64,000 nt of DNA from Fonticula alba ATCC 38817 (GCA_000388065.2 KB932206.1); one strand, 5' to 3'. Positions 37,901 to 51,055 are shown, numbered from the stretch's first letter. Notes: a model not told the origin generated them from the sequence alone. Numbers and translations are program-made.

Positions 37901-40900
37901 AGGATACATCCCGCGCAGGGTGACCGACAGTCGCAGGTGCCGCTGGCGACGCCATTGCAGCGCAACCGCCGACGGGCCATTCGGCTTACGGGTGTCGCGG
38001 CGCTCCGGCCCGGTGGTGAACATCTCGGAACACCAGTCAAAAAAGTGTGAAGTCAGAGGAAGCGGCGAGTGCTCCAGCCGCCGGCGATGGGTCACCTGCG
38101 GCGTGCCCAGGTCGCCGGAACCGGCGTCCGGCCCGGAGGAAATGCCCGAGGAGCCGGAAGCCCCCGCATGACCGGGCCGCCCACCGGACCCGGACCCCGA
38201 AGGCCGGTCGCCTTGGTCGGCTGGGGTCCGGCCACCGAGACCCATGAAACGCATCACCGCGCTGGTGGAGCTCAAACCGAAGGTCGACGAGGGCCGAGAA
38301 CCGGTGGTGCTGCTGCCGGAGGAGGACCCGCCAGAGCCAGTCTGGCTGGTGCCGGACGACGGCCCGACGGCGGCACCAGGCCCCCCGGCCGCGGCAGAAG
38401 CACCAGAAGCAGCACTGGCAGAGGCGGCGGCGGCGGCGGCGGCGGCGGCCCCGCCGGGGCCACCGCCGGAGATGGACGCCCGCCCGGCCGCACCACCGGT
38501 GACCGATCCGCGCCCGGGCTCCCACGCGCCGGCGGAAGTCAAATCACCCGTCGACCCGCCAGACGGCGGGATGCGTGCTTTCGTCAGGATGAAGTCCACC
38601 ACCACCTGGGCCAGGTACGCCACCGCGGGGAAGGGATCACAACTGAGAATCAACAGTTGCTGAAATCGGAAAAAAAAAAGAACAGGGTTAGAACAGCAGA
38701 TGGAGCGGTTGAGGCCCAAAAGCAGGACGCCGGCGAAGGAGCCGATGGCCCTTGCGCACCTCCCACACGCTGGCGTAGATGCCCCCGGAGGTGGACACCG
38801 CCGACTGGGCCGCCAGAGTGCCAGCCGAGCAGATGGCCTGATGGTCGAGGGATGCCTTGGCCGAAGAAACCATGGTGCGCTCGTTCTGCACCACGAAGAC
38901 GCTCAGGGCGATGACCACCTCCCGGCGGACGACCGGGCTCGAGTCGTAGCAGGCCGCCGGCAGCAGGGCCGTGGCCACTTGGGTCTCAATCTGGGCAACA
39001 TGGTCCGTCCGCTCGAGGCCCAAAATCAAACACCCAAGAGCGTAGGCAGCCGCGGCGCGCACGGTCGGCGACGGCTCGGCCGGCACGGTCGGCGGATGGC
39101 CATGCGCCGGGGCACCCCCCGGACCGGGGCCAACCCCACCAAGGCCGCCAGGGCCACCGGCGCCGCCGCCAACCGTCGCCCGGTGGTACCCACCGGCCCC
39201 GGAGCCACCGGCCCCAGGTCCGAGACTGCTATACAACAGCAGGCGCTTGAGCTTGTCATGGGCATTGTCCCGAATGGCGGCCCACTGGGCGGCCTGGTGC
39301 CGGCGCCAAATCTCCGCCAAGCAAAGGGTCAGCCAGAGGCGGAAACGCGTGTTGTCCGCGGCCCCGGCATCATGGCTGCACCACTCGTCCTCATCGCAGT
39401 ACCCCACACCGAGGCCCTCGGTGGAGAAGACATCCGGCGGCTCATGCATGCCGCCGCCCGGAGGCAGCCCCCCGCCAGCGACCCCGGCCGGGGGCAACCC
39501 CACCACCGGGAAGCCCGAGTAGCCAAGTCCCGAGGCAAGGGACATCGGCCCGCCGGTGGCCATCGGGCTTCCCAGCCCCGACACGCCCGGGCCACTGGCA
39601 GAAGCACGGACATATGTGTCCGTGGAAACTGGCGACCCGGCCAGCAGCGGCAGCCCCGGGGCCCCGCTGACGGCGAGGACGGCCGCCGCCGCGGCTGCGG
39701 CCGACCCCGGAGGCGAGGGCGTCGGCGTGGACAAGGTCCCCCCACGAGCGGCGCCAGGCCAGCTTGGGCCCGCTGGCACGAGCAGCCCCCCGGCCCCGGG
39801 GGTGGAGGCACGCCGGGACCGGATCACCGGCATCGGCCGAGAGTACCACTGCTCATCAAGCAGATGCAGGCAATTGGCAACCACGCCCAGCTGCAAGAGG
39901 GCCTGCTGGCCGGATGTGTGGTCATGCGACACGGAGGCCAGGACGAAGGCAGCCTCGACGCGCTCGCGCGTGCGAGGTGGCCCGGAGTCCGAGCCCGTGG
40001 CCCCGGAAGAGGGCGACGGCCCGGAACACAGGACCAGCAGGAAGGGCCGGAAGACATTGTCCTTAAGCATGTCCAATTTGCATGCACTGTCGATGGCAAT
40101 GAGCTTGGTCCAGATGTGCATCAAGACCGACTGAATGGCCGCCGGAACCGAGGACTGCAGAAGCTTGCTCACATACGGGAACAGGCCCACCGACAGGGCC
40201 AGGTTGATGGCCCACGGTCCGACGTCCAGGAACTGCGCCAGCAATTGCAATGCCCGAAGCCGATGCACCGGTGACAGGAGGACCTGCAGAAGGATGGGCA
40301 ATTGCTCCGGAGGCCGGCGTCGGTCACTGCCGAGCGACAGCCACACCTCGAAGGCAGACAGTTGGTTGGCGAAGAAATCGCTCGGCACATAATTGTCGAT
40401 GGTGGCCACCGGCCCGGAAGATAGGTGCGGCGGAATTGGAATGGCCGAGTAGGAGGACGAGCAAACCAGGCTGGTGCTCGGCGAGGGGGGGGCCAGGTTC
40501 AGCTGTGACAGGAGCTGATCCAGCACCAGATCCCACGACCGCCACAGCGGATGCTGGAAGGTCAGCGGCAGGGCTGGCGAGGTCATCGGCGTGCAGCCGT
40601 ACGCCCGCATGACGCGCTCAGCCAGCAGGTAATTCCGGAAGAGGGCTGCCACGAGCAAGTCCTGGCGGTACAGGCGTTGGTAGAGAACCCGCGGGAAGGT
40701 GGTCCAGGCAATGGTGTCGGTGATCGAGGTCAAGATCCAAGACAGCTCGCCGAGGGGGGTTTTGCGCTCGGTGAGGCGGCCTAATCGTTGTGAGGGCGAG
40801 GGGAGGGAGGAGAGGGGGGGGGGGGGGCGCGGAGGGGAAAGGCTGTTAGCAAGTGGATGGAGCGCAAACAAAAGGACAAAGAAAAAGACGAGACATGGAG

Positions 40901-41235
40901 TGGGGCCAAGAAAAAAATGCCAAGTCATACACACCGGGGATTCGGTTGACCACATCGATGGGCCAGCGCCGGCCACGAATCGGCGAACTGGTTTCACTTT
41001 GCAGGACATGGAAACGAACGGCCATCTCCACCGGAGTGGTCAAGCAACTGGTGAACAGATCGGCCGGCAAGTCCGGATGAGTGGGGAGGAACTCGTTGAA
41101 GGCACAGGCCGCCAGTTGGAGGCTATCGCGCACGGGGACCGGCAGATTCGGCGGGGGAAGCAGGGAGGAGGAAGCCTACGCGCGAGGATGGGAAGGAGAG
41201 GGTCAGAAGGAACTATCGAACACGGAGGAGAGGGT

Positions 41236-41291
<56 letters not shown>

Positions 41292-41301
41292 NNNNNNNNN
41301 N

Positions 41302-41357
<56 letters not shown>

Positions 41358-42906
41358 AAGCAGAAGCAGGAGAGGCAGGACGTACGGATTGCTGCGACTG
41401 CCAGTTCTCCCACTCACGCTCGCGTTGCGCGGCGAAGTTATCCCACGCGGTCAGGGCATAGCCAGCCGCCGGGCAGTCATAGACGCAGATGGCCGGGCCA
41501 CCGCCAGGCGCCAGACCGGAGCCCTGCGAAGAGCCTTTCAACGATCCGGACCCGGAAGAGGAACTAGCGCTGCTGGATGCCGGCCCTGGGCCGCAAAGCC
41601 ACGTTTGGATGTCATACAGGGACACCGGAATGTACTGGGTGAAGTCCCGATTGTATACCCAGAGCTCGCCATTTTGCGTCGGCCGCGGCACGCCATGGCC
41701 GTTGTAGTGGAAAAGGAGTCGATCCTCGCGGAAGCCCTTGCGCAGTTGGAGGCACACTTTGCGGACATCCTATGGCCAAGATCGCGAAGGACGAAAGGTG
41801 GCGAGGCGGCAGGCAGCAAAGCAGAGGCACATAGAGAGAGAGAGAGAGAGAGGGGGGGGGGGGAGGGAGGATCGGAGATGGCGCAAAGAGAGCCAGTGTT
41901 AGGGAGCCGGAGCCAGATGGCGGAATGGCCTTGCAGGAAAGGAGGATGCAGAGCCCAGGACGCACCTCAATCGTCGAGTCCATGCAGAGCTTGTATTTGG
42001 CCTTGGGCTGGAGGCGCTCATACTGCAGATTCAGTGCCTTGCCAATCTTCTCGAGAGCTGAGCAGCGACATGCAGAGTTAGGCCAGGGGAGGGGCAGGGG
42101 AGGAGGCAGGGAAGGGCGACAGGCAGCGGTGATGGCAGCAGGCGAAGGGTGCGCGCACCCTTCGGGGGGGTTGCATCGAAGGGATCGGTCCAGCACTGGA
42201 GACGCGCGCAGGGGGTCGTCCGGAGGACATCCGGCGGGTCAACGCCGATGTTTAGGCAGACCACAAGCGCCGCGCCGGCCGTGCGAATGCGCTCGCGCAG
42301 GCGCCAGTTGTCCAGATGCTTGGAGGCCGAGTAGTCCGGCTCGGCGGAGTTCAGATGCCGCGCCGAAATGTAGAACGGGTTGGGTGGGCCATGGAACTGC
42401 AGGGACAGGGCCTCGGGATCGAAATGCCCCGGGTCCAAAGGCGGCGGCGGTGGCGAGACAAGTGACGGATCCAGGAAAGGGGCTCCCGGTGCGAAGGGCG
42501 GCGCCCCGGACGGATCGCCAGGGTGGCCGGCACTTGGCTGCTGCTGAAGCTGGTACTGGTGCTCCATCGGGGTGGATGGCGAGAGGGTCAGCCCGAGGGA
42601 GCCGACCGACGAAGTCCGCGCTAGAGGCGATAGGGGGGAGCTTGGCTCGGAGGTGTACCCCGCCGACTGGAGAGCGACGCGGCTCAGGGCGAGGTGAGGC
42701 GGCCGGCTGTTCGCGGTGGCGGCGGTCGACGGGGAGGCAGGGGTGCTGTTAGCGACAGCGGTGGCGCGAGCGAGCGCCGATGGCGGCACAATGGTGGCCG
42801 ACGAGGGGGGCTGGTTGAAGGAGGAGGACACGGCCGGCGCGTGTGTCGGCACCGGGGCCTGGTGCGTGTGCCGGGCGACGGTCGTGCCGTCCCCAGGGGG
42901 GAGCAT
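34989..42906 (-). CDS. RPTOR: Raptor/KOG1 (RNC domain, armadillo/HEAT repeats, WD40), multi-exon, interrupted by an assembly artefact at 35446-35624
   Basis: RNC: [84 protein letters not shown]40 end: [17 protein letters not shown]...ISVYS. The start ATG (MLPPGD) is tentative. Confidence 0.97.
35446..35784. repeat. 160-bp direct duplication (35446-35605 and 35625-35784) separated by adapter sequence
   Basis: Identical copies of CCCAGGAGCCGGGG...GACACCCGAGGCACA with a period of 179 bp. Confidence 0.95.
35605..35624 (+). other. Illumina TruSeq adapter/read-1 primer fragment (contamination)
   Basis: Exact ACACGACGCTCTTCCGATCT. The - strand AGATCGGAAGAGCGTCGTGT gives the tell-tale peptides RSEERR, DRKSVV and EIGRASC seen in the ORF track. 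Confidence 0.97.
41232..41368. repeat. (GGAGCA)n hexamer microsatellite in a Raptor intron, with a small gap
   Basis: About 20 GGAGCA/GAAGCA units around N-gap 41292-41301. Confidence 0.9.
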
Positions 42907-44529
42907 GGAGTGGGGAAGGAGGGAGAGGGGGGACGGATGGGAGGGGGAGGGATGGGAGGGGGAGGGAGGAGGGAAGAGAGAGAGGAGGCGCCGCGCACTG
43001 GTTATCGGTGCGTCGAGAACGACGGGCGGTTGGCCGCGGGCAGGCGGGCAGGCAGGTGGGCGACGTGCGAGCGCGCAGGTATATGTGCGTCTGTGTGCGC
43101 GCGCGTGTGTATTTTTATGTGTGCTCGTGCGTGCGTGCGTGCGTGCGTGCGTATGAAGAGGAGACGGGAGGCCACTGCGAAGGTTGACTATAGGGGGGGG
43201 GGAGGGGGGGGGGAGGAGGGAGGAGTGGGAGAGGGGAGGGATGGAAGACTGCTGCTCGGGCGAGGGGGTGCGGGAGGCGCAAGGTGGCGCCCGAAAGGTG
43301 TGTCCTGTCCGGGCGGCGGGCCCAAAGGCCCCCGCACCCTTGGAGGCCCAAACGATAACAACAGTTACCGAGTAATCGGGCACCACAAGGCGCCGGGGGC
43401 GTTCGCTCGTCCTGCCCCCAGACCCGAGGCCCCCCCCCCCCCCCCCCTTGCGCCCTTCACCCCAACTGGGTTGCCAGGCCGCCCACCTTCCGGGGCAGGC
43501 GCGGTGGGGGGGGGGGGGGGGACCTGCCTAGAGGTGAATATGAATCCGGTTCCGTGTTCTCTCCTCTCCGGAGGCACTTGGTCTTTTTTCCTTTTCTTTT
43601 TTTTTCAACTCGACCAGCCCCTGGGGAAAGAGGCGCAAAAGATAGTGCGACAACATCGGAAGAGGGAGCCCCCCAGGGAGAAGCGGGCGCCGGGGCATGG
43701 AAGGGAATTCAACCGCCACGCACTCGACACAAACATCGGAGCAGGCGCATTTCCGGCCGGCCGGCCGGCCGGAGGCTGCCCAGCCGCTCGGCAAAGCCAG
43801 AACGCCAAGATCTACGACTGTGGATCGGACCGGAGCTCGCTCGGGTCGAGAAGCACCGCCCGAATGGCCGTGCTGTGTCGGACGAGGTATTAACTTGCCC
43901 GGTTAATCGTGGTGAGAGGTCAGGTGTGTGGCGTGATCCTTTTGTAGGGGTACTCCGCTGCATAGTCGACTGTGCCCGCTCTCCTGGCCCCTCTTCTCAG
44001 GGGGGAACTTTGGGGGGAATGGGAGCAGGGGGGGGGGGAAGACCTCCGAGCTCTTGCGACCAGAACAGCGGGAGCGGGAGAGTAGCCACGGCCAACGTCA
44101 AGGCCGACTGGAGGACCGCGGACAATCAGGCATCCGAAGGTCCACAGCCAGCTCCGGGCGCATGTTTGCAACACGAACCAATGGGCCCCAGGGCCTCCCC
44201 CCTGGGTGCCCCTTGGCGAGAAGGGGAGACACCGAGGGGAGGCGGCAGATCGGGGCAGTGATCTGGGCGCCTCGCTCCTGCCGTCCACCCGCCTCCTGGG
44301 AAGGTGGCAAAAGTTGTGGGGTCCTCTCCACCGTGGCCGGTCAAACACAAGGACACCTCCCCTGCCCGGGCGCACAGACATCCACCGGGTGAGCTCTTTT
44401 CAGCCGGCCTCGTGCCACCCAGCCGGCAGGCCCCCCTGCAGCCACCTCCAGCCCTTCTCCCTCCTCCTCCGCCTCTGCCCCCCGCCCCCCCCCTTTTCTT
44501 TCCTCCGCCTCTCCCCCATCCCCGCGGCC

Positions 44530-44898
44530 ATGGACAACCGTACTGCTGTCTCCAACTGGGGCAATGCTCAGAGCGTCGACTCGCTCAACATTGCCATCCA
44601 GAAGATCATCGACTTCATGAACCACTTTGGTGCGCCCCATGCGGAATCCCATAACCTGTCCTTGGCTGCCCCTCGTTCCCCCCCCCCCCCCCCACTGACT
44701 TCTGTCCCACGATACCTCTCCTGGCTGCGGCCGTCCCCCTCTCTCCCTCCTCTCCCCCACCCCCACCACACCTACCCTGCTCCATGGTGTATATGCGGGC
44801 ACATGCACATGACAGAAAACCACACTCGCTTCCAGCTGTCCACTGTTGGCGACCGCCTCAACCTCCTGGAGCAGGAGGTCCACTCGCTTGAGCAGAAG
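44530..44898 (+). CDS. BRK1: BRICK1/HSPC300 (WAVE/SCAR complex subunit); exons 44530-44629 and 44816-44898, last short exon unresolved
   Basis: MDNRTAVSNWGNAQSVDSLNIAIQKIIDFMNHF|ENHTRFQLSTVGDRLNLLEQEVHSLEQK matches the BRK1 pattern W-x-N...I-x-KI-x-DF-x-N-x-F...R-x2-L-x-T...L-x2-LE...LE. Donors GTGCGC and GTCCGT. Confidence 0.85.
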
Positions 44899-45983
44899 GT
44901 CCGTCCCCTCCCATGGGTCTACTGGCCCTGCCGACCTCCCCCGGTCCCCTTCTCGTTTGCAGCCTCGGTGGTGCTTGCCACCAGATCTCTGGCTCTTGCT
45001 CGTCCCCCCACCCCCCCACGGCACTCCCCCCGCCTCCCACGCATTCGCTGCCCTTGGCTGACCCCAAGCTGTCACTCCATGACCCCCCTCTGATGGGCGT
45101 TTCCCCGACGGATGTGATTACACTGCAACATGCAGCTCAACTCCCTGAAGCGGGATTGAGGAGGCCGCGCACATCGGCTCGTACCTCCTCGCATCGAGTC
45201 GACCACTGTGCTGTACCCCGCCCCCCCCCCCCGTCCATCGCCCTCGGAAAAGAACATACATACAAACATGACAACAAGCATAGCCTCTCTCTCCCTCTCC
45301 TCCCCCCTCCCTATCTCGGTCCGGTCCCTGTGTACCTCCCTCGCGCTCCCCCAGCACACAAATGACCCCCTCCCTGGTGGAGTTTGTCCCGGGAGAGGGG
45401 CGCGCAAGCATCCTCCTGCCCCTCTCCCCTGCTGGCGCGACCGGGGAGGGGGAGAAAGACGCCAAGTATATAGGAGGCACTGCCATATGCCCTCCCTGCT
45501 GTGGGGGAGGCGGGCCCCAGGACACAGGGCAAAGCAAAAAAAAAAGGCGAAAAAAAGACACAGAAGAGGTGGTGTGTGTGCATGTGTAAACGGATGCGGG
45601 TCAAATAACAGAGAAGAAGCCTGCTGGTCGCCCCGTTAGGGCACGTGCCTCTGCGTCCCGTGATGGCGCTGTTTCAGGCGCACTTTGACGAGGTATTCCC
45701 CCCTCCCCGCCCCCGCCTCTGTGCCCGTTGCTCCTCACCCTCCCGCTGAGCCGCCCGCGCGTATGTGGCTTTCCCCGGGCCCGGGGCTGCAGTGGATGCG
45801 GGGGGATTTGTCAACTGCCCCGGCCAAATGCCGGCGGCCCTTGTCCGGAGGCCTTCTTCTTGCTTCGTCGGCCAGGGGGGAGGAGGTGCCTTGCCTGCCA
45901 ACATGCACTCCCCGACGGTGGACGGGGAGGCCCCCTGCGGATGCAAACGACAAGCAGCCCCGCCAGAGGTGGCCGTCCGCGCC

Positions 45984-46016
<33 letters not shown>

Positions 46017-47532
46017 CGCCGCAGCCATAGCCGCCGACTGTACACCAGGTAACGTAATGACCGGGGGGGGGGAGCAGGGCCCGGGGTGACTGACACGCAG
46101 CTTAGCGTGCCCGGCGCGCATCCCAGGCGGCCTAGGAAACACATTTGACCGGCGCCACACCGGGCCGCGCAAGCCTCCAGGGGCGGGAAAAGAACAAGAG
46201 GCAAACGACGGCGGCGGCCTCGCACCCGGGAAGCGCCAGCAATGTGAGTCTGCAATATGCACCGCTCCTCTACGGCTCGCGCGCGCCTGTGGCATCTTGT
46301 CAGCAATATGGGTGCGCGCCCCCCGTTCCTCCCAGCACCGGTCGGAGGGGGGGGTCGCATTGACCACTACGCCGGCTGGCGGAAAGTCATGGCGACGGGC
46401 CGTGGGGGGGGGGGNNNNNNNNNNNNNNNNNNNNNNNNNNNNNNNNNGGGGAGATCCTGGGTGCGAGAACACGCCCGTAGGAGCGTGTGCCGAGAGCGGG
46501 CAGGAGACCGACCTGCCCTCCGTGGCCGTGTAACTGTGTGCTGCGCCGCCTGCCCCCGGCTGGCGCAGCGGCCTGCCGCTCGCCGGCGGGGCCGGGCCCC
46601 AGCCCCTGTCTCGGCCAACGGGCGAACTGTCCTCCCGCGGCGGTGGGGTGGGTGAAGTGTGCCTCCCCCCCGCCCCCCCCCCGCTTTCGGGGCACTTCCA
46701 TGGATCCGACCGGATCCAGGGTGAGGGAACAACCGGGACTCGAATGGGCCGGCGGTTGAGGGTATCCACAACGCTGGCGCGCGCGCTTGCTCCTTGGATA
46801 TTGCAGGGGCCAGGGCGGGGAGGGCTGTTCTCCGTCCGCCAGAGTGCCCGACCCGCGGTACCCAGACACACACACACGCGCGCACGCACACGCACATCTG
46901 CTTTTCAGGCGTCGACGAGCGCACACAGACCCGGGCGGGACTTTCCACCGCTTGGGGGAGGAGAGTCCATTTCACCCGCCGCACCTCCGGGCGGGCTCGG
47001 CGTGCGCTCCTCCGTGGCGAGGGCTTTTGTTCGGGCGAGGGCCGGGCTCAGCGGGGAGAGGGGGCACCCGCCGCCCGTGTACACCGCTCCCCGACGCGGC
47101 CAGGGGGAGGGGGGACAGCGCCGCGCGGGGGTAGAAGACATAAATGCCGGCCCGACTCAGGGGCTCGCGGGTGGTCCGCACCCAGAATGCGCAGCGAGGG
47201 CCAATCTGGCGGCAGGGCGCGTGCCCGCGGCGGACGCGCCCCCATCACAACGAGCTTCCCCAGCCGCCTGCCCGTGGGCCGATCCTGCTCTTCGGTGGGA
47301 CTGCCGATGGGCGGGAAAGCAGCGAGACAATTGGACGGCGAGAGGAAAAACCAATCCACGGACCAATAGGCTGTGGGAGCGCGCGCTGAGAGCGAAAGAG
47401 GGAGAGAGAGAGAGGGAGAGCGAAAATCACCACCATTAAAATCCCCCAACATATGCATCAAGGCCGACATCCTTTCCCCCCCGGAAAAAGGCAAACAACC
47501 TGGCAGGGGGGAGCGGGACCACAGCCGGACAG

Positions 47533-47564
<32 letters not shown>

Positions 47565-48776
47565 GCCGCTAACTCCGGGCGGGGTGGGATGCCACTTTTG
47601 CTCGGACAGTCCCCGGGGCCCGGCGTCGGGGGGGCTGGCTGGTGGCGGCCAGCGGGGGGGGGGGGGGATATTGCCCTCCGCCATCCATGACAAGCGCCCG
47701 CTCTCCCGGCCCGCCCGCCGGACGCCCTCCGCGCCTGGCCCCTCTCGCCCCTTTTTGTCAGTGTACCTGAGCATGCACGCAGACACGCGCTTCGAGGTAT
47801 ACACACGACTCACGATCAGGGGGGCGGCCCTGGCCCCCTTTACAGGCGTACCAGGGTGCGCGGGCGGGCAGGCTGGGGAGGACGGAGGACGGAGGGCGGC
47901 GGGGGGGGGGGGGGGGGGGGGCAAATCTTTTGCGGGGAACTTTCCGGCCGGACACCCACCAGAAAACAGGCACCCGGGGAAAAAAAAAAATAATAAACCC
48001 CCGCCCCGCCCCCCCCCCCCCCCCCGGCCGCGCGACTCTGGACACGTACATGTTCACTATTTACCGAATGCGCCCGGCAGGCTGCTCAGTTGGTACTTCG
48101 CCCGGCATATGTATGGGCGTGTGCAGGCCCTCAGGCCCGCATGCCTGTGGGATTGCTTGGAATGGTGGCTCTGGCCCGGGGGCAGGGAAAGTACATGCTT
48201 GTGCGCGCTTGTGGCTGATTTTGATGCGGAGGCCGGTTGCCCGCTGCTCGGGGGGGGGGTGCCTGGCCTCCGGGCGTGTGCCTGGTTCCCACCCCCCCCC
48301 CCCCCCCCCCAGCCCGGCAGACGACCGCCTGACGCACCGCCCGCGGGCCCCTGGGCTTGGTGGATCCCTCCGGCTCCAGGCCCCTCTCACGGTGTGGCAG
48401 TTTCAGCGCGGGCGAGGGCGACCGGGAGGAGGGAGCGAGGGGCCGGCCGAGGGCGAGCGGGGGAGCATGCTCCGGCTCGTGTCTCCCCCCCCCCCCCCCC
48501 CCCCCCCCGGGACCCATCTACCCCGCCAAAATCCCCATCGCCGCGCGCCTTGCCGCCAGGGCTTCATCCTTACACACACACACACACATAGTGAAGAGCA
48601 ACCTGATGGGCGATACCTCCGGCGTAGCCTCGTCTGCCAGAACACTTCCTCCCTTTCCCCTCCTCCGCCCCATAGGAGAGCAACCTCATACGCACACGCA
48701 CGCCTCCCCCCCCCCCCCCACTCCTCCCCCTCCCTCCCCGCTTGGATTTGCGCATCCGGACCTCGCACCCAGCAGC

Positions 48777-50713
48777 ATGGACGAGCTTGGTACGGCCCCC
48801 CTCCTGGCCCCTCTTCCCTCTTGACTGGCTGGTGCCCCAGTGCTAATGACACCGAATGCCCGAGATCTACCCCCCTCCCCCCGGCTCGGATGCAGACCTT
48901 CTCCTTCAGGAGCTTTCCAACCCTTCTGGCGCGCCCCTCGGCGCCAAGGCTGCTGCGCCGGCCGCGCCGGCCGCTGCCGACCCCACGCCGGCTGCCTCCT
49001 CGCCGACCGTCAAGCCGATTGCCACTCTCTCGGAGCTGGATGCCCTGATGGCCTCCCTGACCATGACCTCGCCCGTGGCGGCTGCCAGCCCGAAGCCCGC
49101 GGCCCCGGTGGCCGCGGCCCCGGCCGCTCCCGCCCCGGTCGTCGGTGGGTTTGCCCCGCCGCCGGTTGTCGTGGCTCCGACGGCCCCGGCTGCTGTTTCC
49201 CCGGCTTCCGTCTCGCCGGTGTCTCCCCCGGCGGCTGTTCAGCCCCCGGCTGCCAGCAGTAACGTCACCTCCAGCGTCGATGCCCTGCTTTCGGAGCTGG
49301 CCACCCCGAGCCGGACCTTCTCGCAGCCCCCCCCGCCAGCTGCCACCTCCCCCCCTGCCCCGGCCGTCGATTCTCCGCCCCCTGCTGCCCAGACCTTCAC
49401 CGTGCGTTGCCCGCTCCTCCGGCGTATCCCCCCCCCCTTTATTATGCCTGGCATTTCTCTCTCTCTCTCTCTCTCTGTCTCTCTTTCTCTCTCTCATCCC
49501 GGTCTATCCTGATCTGCCGGTCTCACGCCTTGACACTCACCCCGTCGCCCTTTCCTCCGGCCTCCGGTCACCGTGCGCGCTGACATTCCCACATCTGCAG
49601 CCCCCCGCTAGCACTCCCGCCCCCACTGGTCCCTCCAAGGGCAACTGCGGGTCCTGCAATGAGCCGGTCATCGGCGAGGAACTCCGTGCCATGGGCAAGG
49701 TACCTTGTTTGCCTACAATCTCCCGCCCATCTCTCGTGGCATTGTGCCTTACTCACTCGCTTCCCCCTTGGATTAGATTTTCCACCCCGAGCACTTCACC
49801 TGTCTGCACTGCCGCAAGTCCCTCTCCGGGGCCACCTTCTTTGAGCACAACAGCAACAGCTTCTGCGACAAGTGCTACCATGACCGGTTCTCGCCCCGGT
49901 GTGCCTACTGCGATGGGGCCATCCGTGACCGGTGCATCAACGCCCTCGGCAAGACCTGGCATCCGGACCACTTCTTCTGCTCGCAGTGCGGCAAGAGCTT
50001 CGGCGACAGTGCGTACATCCCCATGTGGTCTGCCTCTATCCCCCGCACACCCGCCCCTGGCCAAGCCTCCTCACACGCAGTATCTCACCAACTCCCCCCC
50101 CCCCCCCCCCCCCCCCCGCCCCCCAAGTATGTACTGGCAGACGCGCACACACACACACACACACATGTATAGACCCCTGGAGGCCCCCCCCCGTGGCGCG
50201 AGTGCACCCTGCCACTGATTTTGGTCATGCCCTCCCCCCCACCCTCCCCCCCCCCCCCCCCCCCCCCCCTCCCTCCCCTTTCCCCCTTCGTCAGGCGGCT
50301 TCATGGAGAAGGACGGCAAGGCTTACTGCGAGGAGGACTACTTCAACATGTTCGCCCCGAAGTGTGGCGGTTGCGACCAGGCCATCATGGCTGACTGCAT
50401 CACCGCCCTGTCGCGCCAGTGGCACCCGGCCTGCTTTGTGTGCCAGGATTGCCGTGCTCCCTTCGAGGGGGGCGCCTTCTTCGATCACGAGGGCCTTCCC
50501 TACTGCGAGAAGCACTACCATTCCCAGAAGGGGTCCCTCTGTGCGGCCTGCCAGCGCCCGATCATCGGTCGTTGCATCACCGCCATCGGCCGGCGCTTCC
50601 ACCCGGAGCACTTTGTCTGCGCCCACTGCACCCGTCAGCTGGCTGGCAAGACCTTCAAGGAGCAGTCCTCCAAGGCCTACTGCACCTCCTGCCACATCAA
50701 GCTGTTTGGTTAG
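48777..50713 (+). CDS. PXN: Paxillin family protein (3 LD motifs plus 4 LIM domains); exons 48777-48789, 48896-49401, 49601-49699, 49777-50008, 50295-50713
   Basis: LD motifs MDEL|[18 protein letters not shown] and VDALLSEL. Four C2HC/C4 LIM repeats ([30 protein letters not shown]), ending in CHIKLFG*. Confidence 0.92.
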
Positions 50714-51055
50714 GTGTCACTCTGGCGCACGCGCCTCCTCCCCCTTTCCTTCCCTCACCACGGCGCCATCCAGGAGTCTGCCCAGCGTATTCTGATGGGC
50801 GCCTCTCCGTTTGGTGTTTCCTCGCCTGCGCGCGTGCTCTCCCTCTTTCTCCCCCCCCCCTTTCCTCCCCATCCCCCACCCAACAACATCGCCGATGGGC
50901 CTACATGGCTGCTGATAGTTTACAACGGCAACCACAACTCCATCCCAATCTCTCTCTCTCTCTCTCTCTCCCCCTTCTGTCCCGCTTTTCATGTCCCCTC
51001 ATCTCTTGTCCCTTCTTCCTCCCTGTACCCTGTGTCCCACTTTGGGTCTAATCGA

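Noticed and set aside
41040-41461. Poly-Leu, (AP)n, (GA)n, (RS)n and (CS)n ORFs
   Set aside because: Translations of an intronic (GGAGCA)n microsatellite.
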